Shown here: piece by piece, positions 33,806 through 45,978 of the stretch
How positions within the stretch are numbered: position 1 is the stretch's first letter
Layout of the letters: every line of letters starts with the position of its first letter
Source: Schmidtea nova
Lineage: Eukaryota
DNA: 64,000 nucleotides
Assembly (NCBI GenBank): GCA_044892505.1
Contig: CM097882.1
Span: forward strand, 336,350,001-336,414,000
Direction of reading: 5' to 3'
Notes under the pieces: model-generated
Databases searched by the model: none
Told to the model about the DNA's origin: nothing
The model's input: only the letters and a program-made list of their open reading frames with translations
Position numbers and translations under genes: made by a program

Positions 33806-36646
33806 TAAATTATTTTTAATTTAAATTATTTATTAATTTGAGATAAAAGTAGATACTTGAGGAAAAAAAAAGATAAAAATTTTATTTGTTTTTTATTTTA
33901 AAATATATTAGGATGGGTGGGTTCCGTTTTCACGCTTTATTTTTGTGAAGCATGCCAGTCGTTGTGGTGGGCCACCGTAATCCAACCAAATTGGAGGCCT
34001 CTGCGATCTTTGCCTATTTTTGACTTAACATTAATTAAATTCGGTCAGTGTCTATGAGGACATCTTGCCGGCACATTCATGGCGTATGAAACACTACGAT
34101 ATGTTGGTAGCTGGATACCCTTGATTATCCGAGACATGATCGCTATATATATATATAACGAACTATAGATGCCCACGTACTATTGACACCCCTTTTTGGG
34201 GGAGGCACAGAAGACCCTTGTGGACGCTATTACTTGCCCAACAAGGATAATTTTAGTAATAATTGTAATAATATTTATAAAAAAAATTATTAATTGTAAT
34301 AAAAATAATATTAAATAAAAAAATACTTATAAAATAAAAAAATACTTATAAAATAATTATAAAAAATAATACTTATAAAATATTATTAGTAATAAAAAAA
34401 TTCAAAAATTGCGCCAAAAAATATAAACATTTACTGTATTTAAACAAAACCTAAAACGGCGGTAACATTTAAAAATTGCACCAAAAAATTTATTATTTTC
34501 CTTCTTTTAAACAAAAACTAAAACGGCGGTAACATTTAAAATTTGTGTCAAAAATTAAAACAAAAAATGACCTTGACCCCGATTACACAATGACCTCTAA
34601 ACGATCTTGACCTTTAACCGTGGTTACGAAACTATGACATCATAATTTACGAGGTGTGTAAGAAGCCGAGAAGTATTACGTAACAACATGTGTTATGTAA
34701 AACCCGAGAAATACATAATGATTTCGTAATCGTATGTGCGGTTATGTACATTGAAAAGTTGGTCTGGTTGGTACATCAAAGTTGTTGATGACTTTGTTGA
34801 CCACTAATTTCATATCAGTCATGAATTTATCGATGATATTATATTTGCTAAGTTTACAGCATTTCATTCTGGTTATCAAGTACGGTTTGTTAGTTAGTCG
34901 TTACCCCCTCGGTCAGGGAATTCTTCATTGATTGCATTAATGATCTCATTTGTGTTGAAGTTTGCCCATTTGTTAAAAAAAGTAGATTAAAATTAATTAT
35001 CCTCTGTTTGATTGTGATATTTACTGTAACATTTTTATTTATTTTAGTTTTACCCTGCCAGTCAATTTTATCATTTTCCTTTACATGGAGGACCAAAGAA
35101 TTCACAATGTTTCCAATGTCGCGCAAGTTAAAATTTACAAGGGCAAGTCTTTAGAAAAATTATTAATAAATGTGCACAAAAGGATTTTACTTAGTAGACC
35201 CGAACCACGGATGTCATGAGGACATTCACAAAGATTTAAAACGCGACCAGGGGTTTCTTTTATGTCGTTGATTTTATTTCTGAAAACTCTACATGTTGAC
35301 AAATAATTATCGTTCACAGTCAAGGATGTTTGGTTGCTGAGATAATATGCATCATCATTATAGTCGAGAATAAGCAAATTTCACGAATCACAACTTTCAA
35401 ATTTTTTTACTTTTATAATCTCAATTTATAATTTATAATAATTTGTTTTAAATATCTTTAAATATCATTTATTTAAATTAAACGTAGTATCGATTTCTCT
35501 ACTACATCAACAGTCTGTAATTAAGGGCCACAAAGACACTTGATACATGCAGTTGGTGAGTGTTAATGTTGTATAATTTCATTATTATTATTATAGTCAT
35601 AGACAATATTTATTTTTGGTTCCCCCATGTGCGGTTTTTCCCCCTTATGTTTATTATATTTATTATTACGTGAAAATAGTAATAATAAATATTTTAAAAA
35701 TTTAAATAAAAATCGAAAATAAAAGAATAATAAATTATTACAAAGTTGCAATTCCGATCTGTCCATCTTTATTATCCGTATACCGAAAACAGTTATTAAA
35801 AGAAGAATAACTAATTATTACAAAGTTGCAAATCTCTCAAAGTCAAAAGAAACTGATAAAGTAATTTTTTGTGGTTTTTAGCGTTTGATCTAATACATTT
35901 TTATTAAATAGAACTTTTGTAAGTAGCGTTGGTTGAATAAATTTTGTTAAAATTTTATTATATAGTGAATTTTTACATTACACACACAGTCACCCCGACT
36001 GTCCTAATATAAATCGGTGACTCTCTCGGACTCTATATCTCTTTCAAGCGACAAACATTTACGAACAAACATCGAATAAACAACCTACATTAAATAACAA
36101 ACATTTATTAGACAACTTCTTACACAACACAAATCTATTTCACAACACACGTTCATCCCCGACATAAATACAAATAAAAAAACTATTTATAGAACCATAA
36201 CAGTGAATAATACTATTTATTAACCAATTATTTTTTTTAAAATTTAAATTTTAAATGAAAATAATCTAATCCAGCTATTTGCATTGATTTCGGTATTTAA
36301 AGCGAGTCAAATTTTTGCTTTTAGATCATTTAAAATTATAACACTTCGTGTGGACGAAGATATCGATATTTATTTATCCTATCTTAATAAATTAAGTTGC
36401 AACCATCAATGATGAATGAACTGAGTTTTGCATTGTGGAGAGCTTACTACAGTCCAGAAAAAAAATAAATAAATATTGGTGAAGAATTTTCAAATTTTCC
36501 CAATTTTTATTTATATAGTTAAAATTTGGAAATAAATCATGTGACTTTGTCTTCAGAGAAATTTAAAGAACTTCTCTTAATTCTTCTCGACCGCCGTATA
36601 TAAAAGTAGTTATTTGTACAAAAAATGTAAGTGCACTATTAAACAC

Positions 36647-36816
36647 TGTGATGAGTTGTAATACACCACATAGCATACACCCCGAGTGTCTGCACACGAG
36701 TATTGCAGGACTCTCTCGGGGCCTTTCATTTCTCCTGTCACACACTCACACGACAGATATCTACATATATATATTTATTTATTCAATTATAATAAAACAT
36801 TTAATAACATAATAAC
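36647..36816 (+). repeat. Gypsy 5' LTR
   Basis: TGTGATGAGTTGTAATACACCAC...; matches 41276-41288 plus 41991-42137. Confidence 0.85.
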
Positions 36817-37000
36817 TGGTGTCAGAAGCAAAAACCATAACACACAATCGCCGAATTTTGTTATTTCAATCACTACGCCTTTTAGAATAGCTATTAGATA
36901 GAGCTATAAAGGATAGTTGACTCTGTTAGCCGAACACAGTAGGCTATATTCTTCAACCAATCTCATTGTTTTCACATAAACAAACAGCAAGAATATAATA

Positions 37001-38001
37001 ATGGCATCAAACCAAACAAACTCAAACAATTCACAAACACCACTTGACCACAGCACCATAAACTCAATCATCAACCCTAAGGCAAACATCCCCAATTTTT
37101 TACCGATGAAAACGGAACCCCGCAAAACTGGTTAGAGTTCGCCAAGCTAACACTGACTCTATCGGGAATCAAGTCATCAAAAACACTATGCGCCCATATA
37201 ATCGCCGCATTGCCAAGCAACATACTAAACGAAATCGGCGACAGAATAGAAGAAATAGAAAAAAATAATGACCCTTTCGAAACATTGTACTCAACCTTAT
37301 TAAATAGAAATAAGATAAACAGGATGGAAATACTAGAATCTTGCTTAAAAGACATTCAGCTAGGAAACGACAAACCTAGCGAATTTTTAAGGCACCTTAA
37401 AACAAAACTGGAATTCCTACAACCCAAAATAACAAGCTCGGGATCGAGCGAATTCGTAAAGGACCTATTCATGAGGGCTAAGCCACAAGAAATAAGACGC
37501 ATTTTAGCCGCAAATGACAGCACCAACCTCGACAAAATAGCCGATATCGCGGACAAAATAAATGATGAATTATTCCCAGCGGTTTGCAAAACATACCGAA
37601 AACAGCACCCATGGGAAAATAAGCAAGAAGACTGCCAAAAACGAGATAACCCTAACAACGATACCAACCTTCTACTTAACTCGTTAATAAAGAAAGTCGA
37701 CGAGGTCCTAATAGAAAACAAGAACCTCCGAAACGACTTACAAGAGGCACAAACAAGAGAAACGAAAAGAAACCAGCTCAATCAAAACAACCGTACAGAA
37801 CAAAACCCATACTTTAACCGTTACCAAAATAACTACAACAACCCCACTGAGCAAAAACCAAATTTGAACCGATACAATAACACAAACAACAACTACATAC
37901 CAAATGAAAATTGGTGTTATTTTCACAATAGATTTGGGGACAAGGCTTTCAAGTGCAACGCACCTTGTACCTTCCACAACAAAAAGCCGGAAAACAATTA
38001 A
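37001..38001 (+). pseudogene. gag: Gypsy gag (frameshifted near the 5' end)
   Basis: IQLGNDKPSEFLRHL...DLFMRAKP and C-terminal WCYFHNRFGDKAFKCNAPC. Confidence 0.85.
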
Positions 38002-40960
38002 AGTCGCCAATGACAGCACCGACATTTGGCGACTACGAAACATTCACGGTGCAAAGCAACAATATAAATTTTCTTGTCGATTCCGGTTCAATAGTTAGTT
38101 TGTTACCAAGTTATTTATACCAATCCTTAAAAAAGGAAACTACAACCTGTGCACAGCAAATGGCAGCAACATCAAAACCTACGGCAAACAGCAACTAACC
38201 ATTAATATAAACAAAACAAACTACAATTGGGAATTCATCATCGCCGACGTGAAACAGGCCATTGTAGGAGCCGATTTCCTAGCGAAATATAACTTGCTAG
38301 TAGACTGCCGAAATAAAAAAATTATACAAAATACTTCCGAAACAGAAAAATACCCAAACAACAAACCTAACCAAGAAAACTTAAAAACCTTAACAAATTG
38401 TGACATCGGGGTAATAACCGCAAACACAACCAAAATACAAACTAAAGGATTACAAACTAAAAATACAACAAAATGCGAAAAAACAAACGCAGACAATTCC
38501 ATACCAAAAGAAATCAAAGAATTACTCAAAAACTACCCTACAATCACAGATAAACTATCAATAGAAACCACAAATAAATGCATCACAGAACACGCCATCA
38601 TAACAAATGGTAACCCTGTCCACGCCAAAGTAAGACAACTGGACAACAAAAAACTCACAATAACCAAAGAAATCTTCGACGATTTACTGGAAAACAGAAT
38701 CATTCAACATTCAAATTCCAACTGGTCATCCGCACTGATGCTAAAAGAAAAAGCAAATGGCGAATGGAGAGCACGCGGAGATTACAGAGCTTTGAACAAT
38801 ATTACAATACCCGACAAATACCCTATACCAATAATCAACGACATCATAAACAGAATACATAATCCAAATTATTTCAGTAAAATCGACCTGCAAAAGGCGT
38901 ATCACCAAATTCCGGTGCGTGAAGAAGACGTAAAAAAGACTGCAATAATAACACCGATCGGGTTATATGAATACAACCGAATGCCATTCGGTTTAAAAAA
39001 CGCAGCCGCCACTTTCCAAAGGTTCATGGACCAAATCCTGAGAAACCACAGGAATACGGTAGCGTATTTAGACGACATCCTAATCGCATCAACAAACAAA
39101 ACCGAACATATTCAGGACATCACGGAAGTTCTAAACACCCTCAACAACCACGATCTCAAAATTAATATAAAGAAGTGCGAATTCTTAAAACACGAAGTCA
39201 AGTTTTTGGGACATATCCTTAACGAAAATGGAACAAGACCTCTAGACGACAAAATAAAGGCCATCAAAGTATTCCCACTCCCCAAAACAACAAGAGAATT
39301 AAGACGTTTTATGGGAATGATAAACTTTTACCACAAACACATCCCAAAGTGCAGCGAGATACTCGCACCACTAAACGACCTAAACACCAACAAAAGAAAC
39401 ATTAAAATCAACTGAAACAAACAACTAGAAAGTGTTTTCGAAAAGGCAAAAACAAACCTATCCAACACAAGTCTATTAAACTACCCTGACCCAAACTTAA
39501 CATACATCCTTAACACTGATTGCTCTGGAACAGCAATGGGAGGTACAATATACCAAGAAAAACATAACGAAAAAAAACCCATCGCATTTTTCTCAAAAAA
39601 ACTCAAAACTCACCAAATGCGATATTCCACTTTTGACAGGGAACTGCTGGCGATACACGATACAATAAAACACTTTCAATACCTTTTAGAAGGGAAAGAA
39701 TTTGAAGTGTATACAGACCACAAACCCCTAGTAAACGCAATGAACATGAAATTACCATCACCAAGGCAAATAAGACAGTTAAATTACATTTCACAATTCA
39801 ATTGCGAAATAAAATATATAGCAGGAGCAGCAAACATATGCGCAGATACCCTTTCGCGAATCGAAACAGAAACGAACGCCATCAGCATGATTCCAACAGT
39901 GAATCAAGAAACAATAAATAACTTCCCAAAACTCAACTCATTAATACTAAAAGAGATCGATGGAATTTGGTACGATGTCTCTAACGAAAACAACATAAGA
40001 CTAACAGTACCTGATGAACACAGAATCGAACTAATCAAACAATTTCACAGCATATACCACCCAGGAGCGAAAGCCACATACGAACTCATGCACACAAAAG
40101 TGGTATGGCCGAACATGAGGAAGGACATCAAAGAATACGTAAACTCATGTATAAACTGCCAGAAAAACCAAATAACAACAAAATTCAAAACAACAAAAAT
40201 TGAATTCCCAAAAAGAGAACCTTTCCAAACAATACATATAGACATAGTTGGCTCATTACCACCTAACAACAAATACAAATACCTATTGACGATAATAGAC
40301 CGATACACCAACTGGTTTGAGGCGATCCCAATCAAAGAGATCTCAGCAACAACAATTTGCAGAAACCTAGAAATAAACTGGTTTGCGAGATACGGATGTC
40401 CAAAAACAATTATTAGTGATCAAGGCAGACAATTCGAGTCAGACTTATTCAAAGGATTGTGCTCAAGATATAAAATAAAGAAGTCCGAACAACAGCCTAT
40501 AACCCACAGTCAAACGGCAAAGTGGAAAGATTGCACAGATCTTTAAAACAAGCGATTCGGACTAAAGCCGATGACAGAAACTGGTTAGAAAAACTCCCAG
40601 AAATCCTAATTGGTTTACGAAACAACCCTTCATCCTTAACCAACAAAAGCCCAAGCCAATTAACTTTCGGGCATTCAACAAACCTCCCAAACTTAATAGA
40701 TAAAAAAAAACCCCCGATAAAACTTACAAGAACAGAACACTAACATTCCAAAATGAACCAAAAGAAGTCTAAATAGGCAATGACAGCAAACAAACCAAAA
40801 CAAATTTAATGGTCGATATGGTTTTAATAAAAAAACCTTTTACCAGTGGTTTTGAATTGAAATATGAAGGCCCTTACAAACTTCTCGAATTAGACAAAAA
40901 CGTGGGCACATTAGTGATAAACAACCGAAAAGTTAGATTCAACATCCGCAGACTAAAACC
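38000..40960 (+). pseudogene. pol: Gypsy pol: protease, RT, RNase H, integrase; several frameshifts and stops
   Basis: FLVDSGS; KIDLQKAYHQI, MPFGLKNA, YLDD; YSTFDRELLA, TDHKPL; HPG, IHIDIVG, SDQGRQFES, ERLHRSLK. Confidence 0.93.
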
Positions 40961-41275
40961 CTATCATTACAACAATCAAAATTACACACAACGCCTCACA
41001 CAGTCTAACTCAAGAAAAAACGTTATAGCTAATGCTTTAAATAAAAACACAAATACACACAAGCATAACACAGGCACAACATAGCTAATTGTACAGTTTT
41101 TTTTAAAAATTTTTTTTCGCGTAGCGTTGTAAATTTTATGATTTAACGTTGTAAAACAAAACAAAAACATACAAAAAAACAAAATAAAATAAAACAACAA
41201 AAATATGTTATCAACCTTGTTAAATTGTAAATTTTTCGGTCAAATGTTAACCTCCGATTTTAAAGGGGGAAGTTG

Positions 41276-42137
41276 TGTGATGAGTTGTGAAATTGTTATC
41301 CAGTCGTTATTATTTATTTTTAATACTATATGCATTTTTCATATCGTTACCGGCAAACGAGATTGTACCCCCCCCAATTATTCGTGTACTGGGCGATTGA
41401 AAATTATGTTTATTATGATAATTATTATTATTTTTAATTAAAATTTTTAGTTTAAAATTCGAATCTGGCTTACTATAGCAAATGCTATAGTAAGCCAAAT
41501 TGAAGATTAGAAAATGGATTAATTATTAATTTAAATATCCAAAAAGATAAAATTTAATTACCCAGAGTATAATAAGCTAAATAGCAAATTTTACTACAAC
41601 AACGGAATTCCTCCTCAATTCCTCTAATACCTCAATAAAGAAAAGTATAGAAAAAGTATAGAACAAGTATAGAAAATATTATCGCCTCAACAATAACAAC
41701 AATCATCCTACAATTTTGTTGCAAACAACAACCGATATCAGAATCCAATAGGGAAACAGAAACTGAACAAAACTACCGTACCGCTCAGATTGTCCTCAGA
41801 TTGTCCTACCGCTCAGATTGTCCACTAAAATTGAATAGAAGAAAGATAGTCGATATTACCCTACAAATCATCTACTACACCAAATTAGCGCCAGGTTTTT
41901 GAATTTGAACTAACTTGTTAATAATTTAATTTAATTTAACTTGCAAATAATTTAACTGATATTTATTGTTTTCTTTTATCTTATATTTATTGTAATACAC
42001 CACATAGCATACACCCCGAGTGTCTGCACACGAGTATCGCAGGACTCTCTCGGGCCCTTTCATTTCTCCTCTCACACACTCACATATATATATTTATTTA
42101 TTCAATTATAATAAAACATTTAATAACATAATAAACA
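41276..42137 (+). repeat. Gypsy 3' LTR split by a ~700-bp insertion (41289-41990)
   Basis: PPT, then TGTGATGAGTTGT, unrelated sequence, then TGTAATACACCAC resumes at 41991. Confidence 0.75.
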
Positions 42138-43391
42138 CCAAGAAAAATGTGATCATAAATGGAAATTCGAAAATATATAACATAACGTTTGTATTGAACT
42201 TCAGAGTTGGAAGTTCGTCTATTGAATTAAACTAAGGGTGGCCAAATGTTGACTAAGAAATGAGTAAAACAATTTGGAGGTCAACAAGTTTTATTTATTT
42301 AAGTATATTTTTAAAGCAAATGTTATTTCAAATCATATTTGGATCAATTTTGAAGAAAATAAATTGAATAATGTTACGCAAATTTTCAGAGTTGATCTGT
42401 ATGTGTTACGTCATTCTCTTTTTACTTTTAAAAATATAGTTTAGTTTGGATGTTGGGAATAAATTATATCGTTGGCATGAATGTAGTAAAAATTAACAGA
42501 TAAGGTACATACTTTCAGGTCGGAAGGTTTAGATATCGATATTAAAATTGATTTATGTACAATATTCCTAAATCGAAAATATATAGAACATAGGAAGTAA
42601 AAGTATTCAATTAAAATAGAATTTTATGAATAGAATTTCACAATTCAGCAGTTATGCTGATTATTTGAATAATTACTAGTTTAGTTTGCTGTTTATTTAA
42701 ATAATAGAAATTATGAGGGATACTAAGAGTTCTGATATCAATGTTATTAAATCCGATGTAACTGGCAACCCCGCCGAATACAATAAAGTTAAAGTAAATA
42801 TGTAAAAAATGTTAATGCATTTTGTATACAGAAAATAAAATTATTCTTGTGTACTTTTCCATCAAAAAATAAAAAAATGATATGTTGATATAAATGTTCC
42901 TCCTTAGAATATAAGCTATTTTTATGAAATCCAAAATTACCGCATGTTTTAGATACGATAAACAACACATGCTATTACTCATAATTTCCTTATTTATTGC
43001 CTTTTCTTGGAAGAGCCTAATATTCGGAGAGCGATCACCAAGAAAATGACTCATGGGGAAATTGCTAGCTGCCTCATAACCTACAAATGAGCGCTACATA
43101 AATATGTTAATATTTTTTGAACGATAATAATTGACTACTGGTATGGGTGATAGTCACGAGTGAGTGCTAGAAGAAATCGTTGTCTATCATATTAATTAGC
43201 GTAAAAAACAGTCCAACAGATGGTCAAATAAATAGATCCTATTTTACTTTACCTTTTACATTACAGATATGCTATTGTTTTCATTTTGTGTCAATCACAA
43301 GTCTGGTATATTTTTGAAATATAGTTGGAAAGTTGTACATGAATCATAAAATATAATTTTAATAATATTTATTTTGAGCGGCTATTTAATA

Positions 43392-45008
43392 AAATTTAAA
43401 ATGTATTATAATCAGATCTACACGCAATGAAATTGAAAATAATTCCAGGGCGCATGATTTTCTCAAATCGGTTAGCATTAACAGGAGAATATATGTCCTC
43501 AGCTATCGCAGATTTTAAGAGGACGGGGAATGCAATCCATCGTTTTTACAGCTCCCGTCAGAATAACGCAGGTCAGCCGGGAATATCCCCAAACTTTGAT
43601 CAATTTCATTATATAAACATGATATTTTTAAATTTTTACCAAAAAAAAAACAATTAGAAAAGTTTTTAAATTTTAAAATGTATTATAATCTGATCAAACT
43701 TGTTAAGATATGTGATGGTTACTGCAGACAAGTTGGGAGACATCAACAGCATAAATTATGATTTTATGTATCAGAGCCTTTTAATATATGCAGAAGTTCA
43801 AATGGTTCAAAAGAAAATATCTAGTCCATACATGCATTTTCATATCGGATGTCGAAATTGTCTAAGACAAATAGATTATATATAATTGAATTCTGAAGCA
43901 GAGTACGAATTCAAAGATGTGTCACATCAAATAGAGAAAATGCTACCCACTAAGATACATATGAATAAGAGAATCTCGGTTATGTCTTCTGAAGAAAGGA
44001 CTTTAGAAAACATAGATGCTATAGAATTATCCTATCAGATCGGTCGCAATTAAGGATTTTTGTGGGGTTTGAAATCTCAGGACCAAATGTCTGAATCTTC
44101 AGATTCAGCTATTTTCCTATGTGGTTTGGAAAAGAGTCATTCCTGATCCATACCTGAGGGGAATGTTGTTGGGTTTTATGAATGCGGCCGTGCTGAATGT
44201 GATTACACGACGTTTTAGTTCTATGACCATAGAGGCCCAACTCATACTAAAAGGCAGTATATATTTCATTATAGATCGATTTATATCAGAAATTAATGTT
44301 GAATCTTTGTTCGAATTGGAAGACTTCTATAACTATATAACAATATAGTTATAGAAATGAATGAAGATACCAGTTAGATTTCGAATTAGGATTGAATAGG
44401 ATTATTTTATAATCGAACATGTTCCATTAATAAAACATATTTCGCAGCAAGAGCTTATTTTGTTATTTATTATTTTTATTTAACACCTAATGATGCTACC
44501 AAGGAATCTCCATTTTATACTCTCTAAAAGCCTGAAGGAGGCTCGAACCTTAGATTAACGCAATCTAGCTGAAATCAATAAAAAGATGGCAAAGTTATAC
44601 ATCCAAATATACTTCCTACGACGTTGTAAAGAATCAAACGTATATCCAACAACTATTGACAGCATCCATCTATCGCTAAAACAAAAAGCAAAAGAAAAAC
44701 AACAAGCTAAAAGAAACCATAAAAGAACGTATCTTATCAAGTCTAATCAGAATCCTATATGGAAAAGTTCACCGACAAAGAAAGAAACAGAAACTGTCAT
44801 ACAAGCATGTACACTTAAGCATCCAAGACACACGTTCGTCACATAGAAGACAAATCATTTTCTAAGACTAAAAAGTAGATTCATTAACCTCTTAAGAAAG
44901 AATGAAGCAATAACAGGCCCCAATACGAAAATAAATAAATCAGACGAGAATATATCCATTAAAAATAATAAAGGTAAACTTGTAACCGATCTCACAAATA
45001 GCCTAATC
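43392..45008. repeat. ~1.6-kb direct duplication, copy 1 (copy 2 at 48612-50237)
   Basis: Near-identical ORFs at a constant offset of 5220 (43700/48920, 44121/49341). Confidence 0.92.
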
Positions 45009-45130
45009 AACAGTGGCAAAGGATTACTATCACTCGGTCCTAAATTCAGTTTAAACAGCAAAACTACTGATAAATTTTGTTCTTGATATCAAAGCCGCCC
45101 TATGTCGATTATTATACAAAATCAAATGGT
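44560..45130 (+). mobile_element. Penelope-like element N-terminal ORF remnant (partial copy at 49780-50237)
   Basis: IYFLRRCKESNVYP and GLLSLGPKFS resemble motifs upstream of PLE RT; frameshifted; no RT seen. Confidence 0.45.
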
Positions 45131-45446
45131 ATGATCACATAGCTGAGACTGATAATCAGAATAATTTATCCATTTTTACCAAACATTTCTTCAAAATCTG
45201 TAAAATTATGTATATAATTAAAAACTTATAGTAATTATTTATTTTTAAGTTTTTATTTTTTTGTCAAGTTTTTAATTAAGTCAAATATTATTATTCGCGC
45301 TGTCTAGAAATTTATTTTGAACTTTATCCATTGAAAAGAATCGCATCAATAAAATATATTTTCTGTTTTACACAAGAATAATTATGACTTAAATATAAAT
45401 ATAAACAACAAACAATTACATGAGAATAATTCGAATTATTCATTAG

Positions 45447-45880
45447 AAATTGTCGACGGAAATGTGGAAATAACGCTCAAGATAATTTGGGGTATTGTAT
45501 TTAGATTTACAATTCAGGATATTAAAATGGCAGGTGACGTTATTATTACTTTTTTATAGCAAAAATATCTCAACCAAATAATATTACAGATAAGTCCGGC
45601 AAACAAAGTCTTCTACTGATGTGCCAACGAAAGACAGCACCTTACAAAAACGTCAAATTGTTAGATTTCCACTCAAGTTTCAATGATGGTCTGCCGTTCT
45701 GTGCTCTCATTCATCAGCACAGACCAGATCTCATAGAATTCAATAAAATACAGAAGGTTTATATAACACATTCATTATATCTCACTGTCAAACTATCCAA
45801 GATAATGCTCATGCAAATATCAATTTCGCTTTTGATGTGGCACAAAAACAACTCAACATACCTCAAATGTTGGATATGAA
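45447..45880 (+). pseudogene. Alpha-actinin-like CH-domain exons (more divergent paralog)
   Basis: EIVDGNVEITLKIIWGIVFRFTIQDI / SLLLMCQRKTAPYKNV...SFNDGLPFCALIHQHRPDLIEF / INFAFDVAQKQLNIPQMLD, with about 55-nt introns. Confidence 0.8.
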
Positions 45881-45978
45881 AGATAGGAATATTTTACATT
45901 AATTATCTGTAATAATAATAATAATAGTAATAATAATAATAATAATAACAATAAAAATAACAATAATAATAATAATAA

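Larger units (their letters stand above)
36647..42137 (+). mobile_element. Ty3/Gypsy LTR retrotransposon (CsRn1-like gag motif), degenerate
   Basis: About 170-bp LTRs, PBS TGGTGTCAGAAG at 36817, gag, pol in PR-RT-RH-IN order, PPT TTTAAAGGGGGAAG before 41276; possible ACAC TSD. Confidence 0.92.

Noticed and set aside
34236-34243. GCCCAACA, the reverse complement of the giant-LTR start
   Set aside because: Only 8 bp match and the adjacent sequence does not align to LTR A or B.
42234-42778. Possible hAT MITE with GGGT(G/T)GCCA ends
   Set aside because: The TIR match is short and imperfect, and there is no 8-bp TSD.
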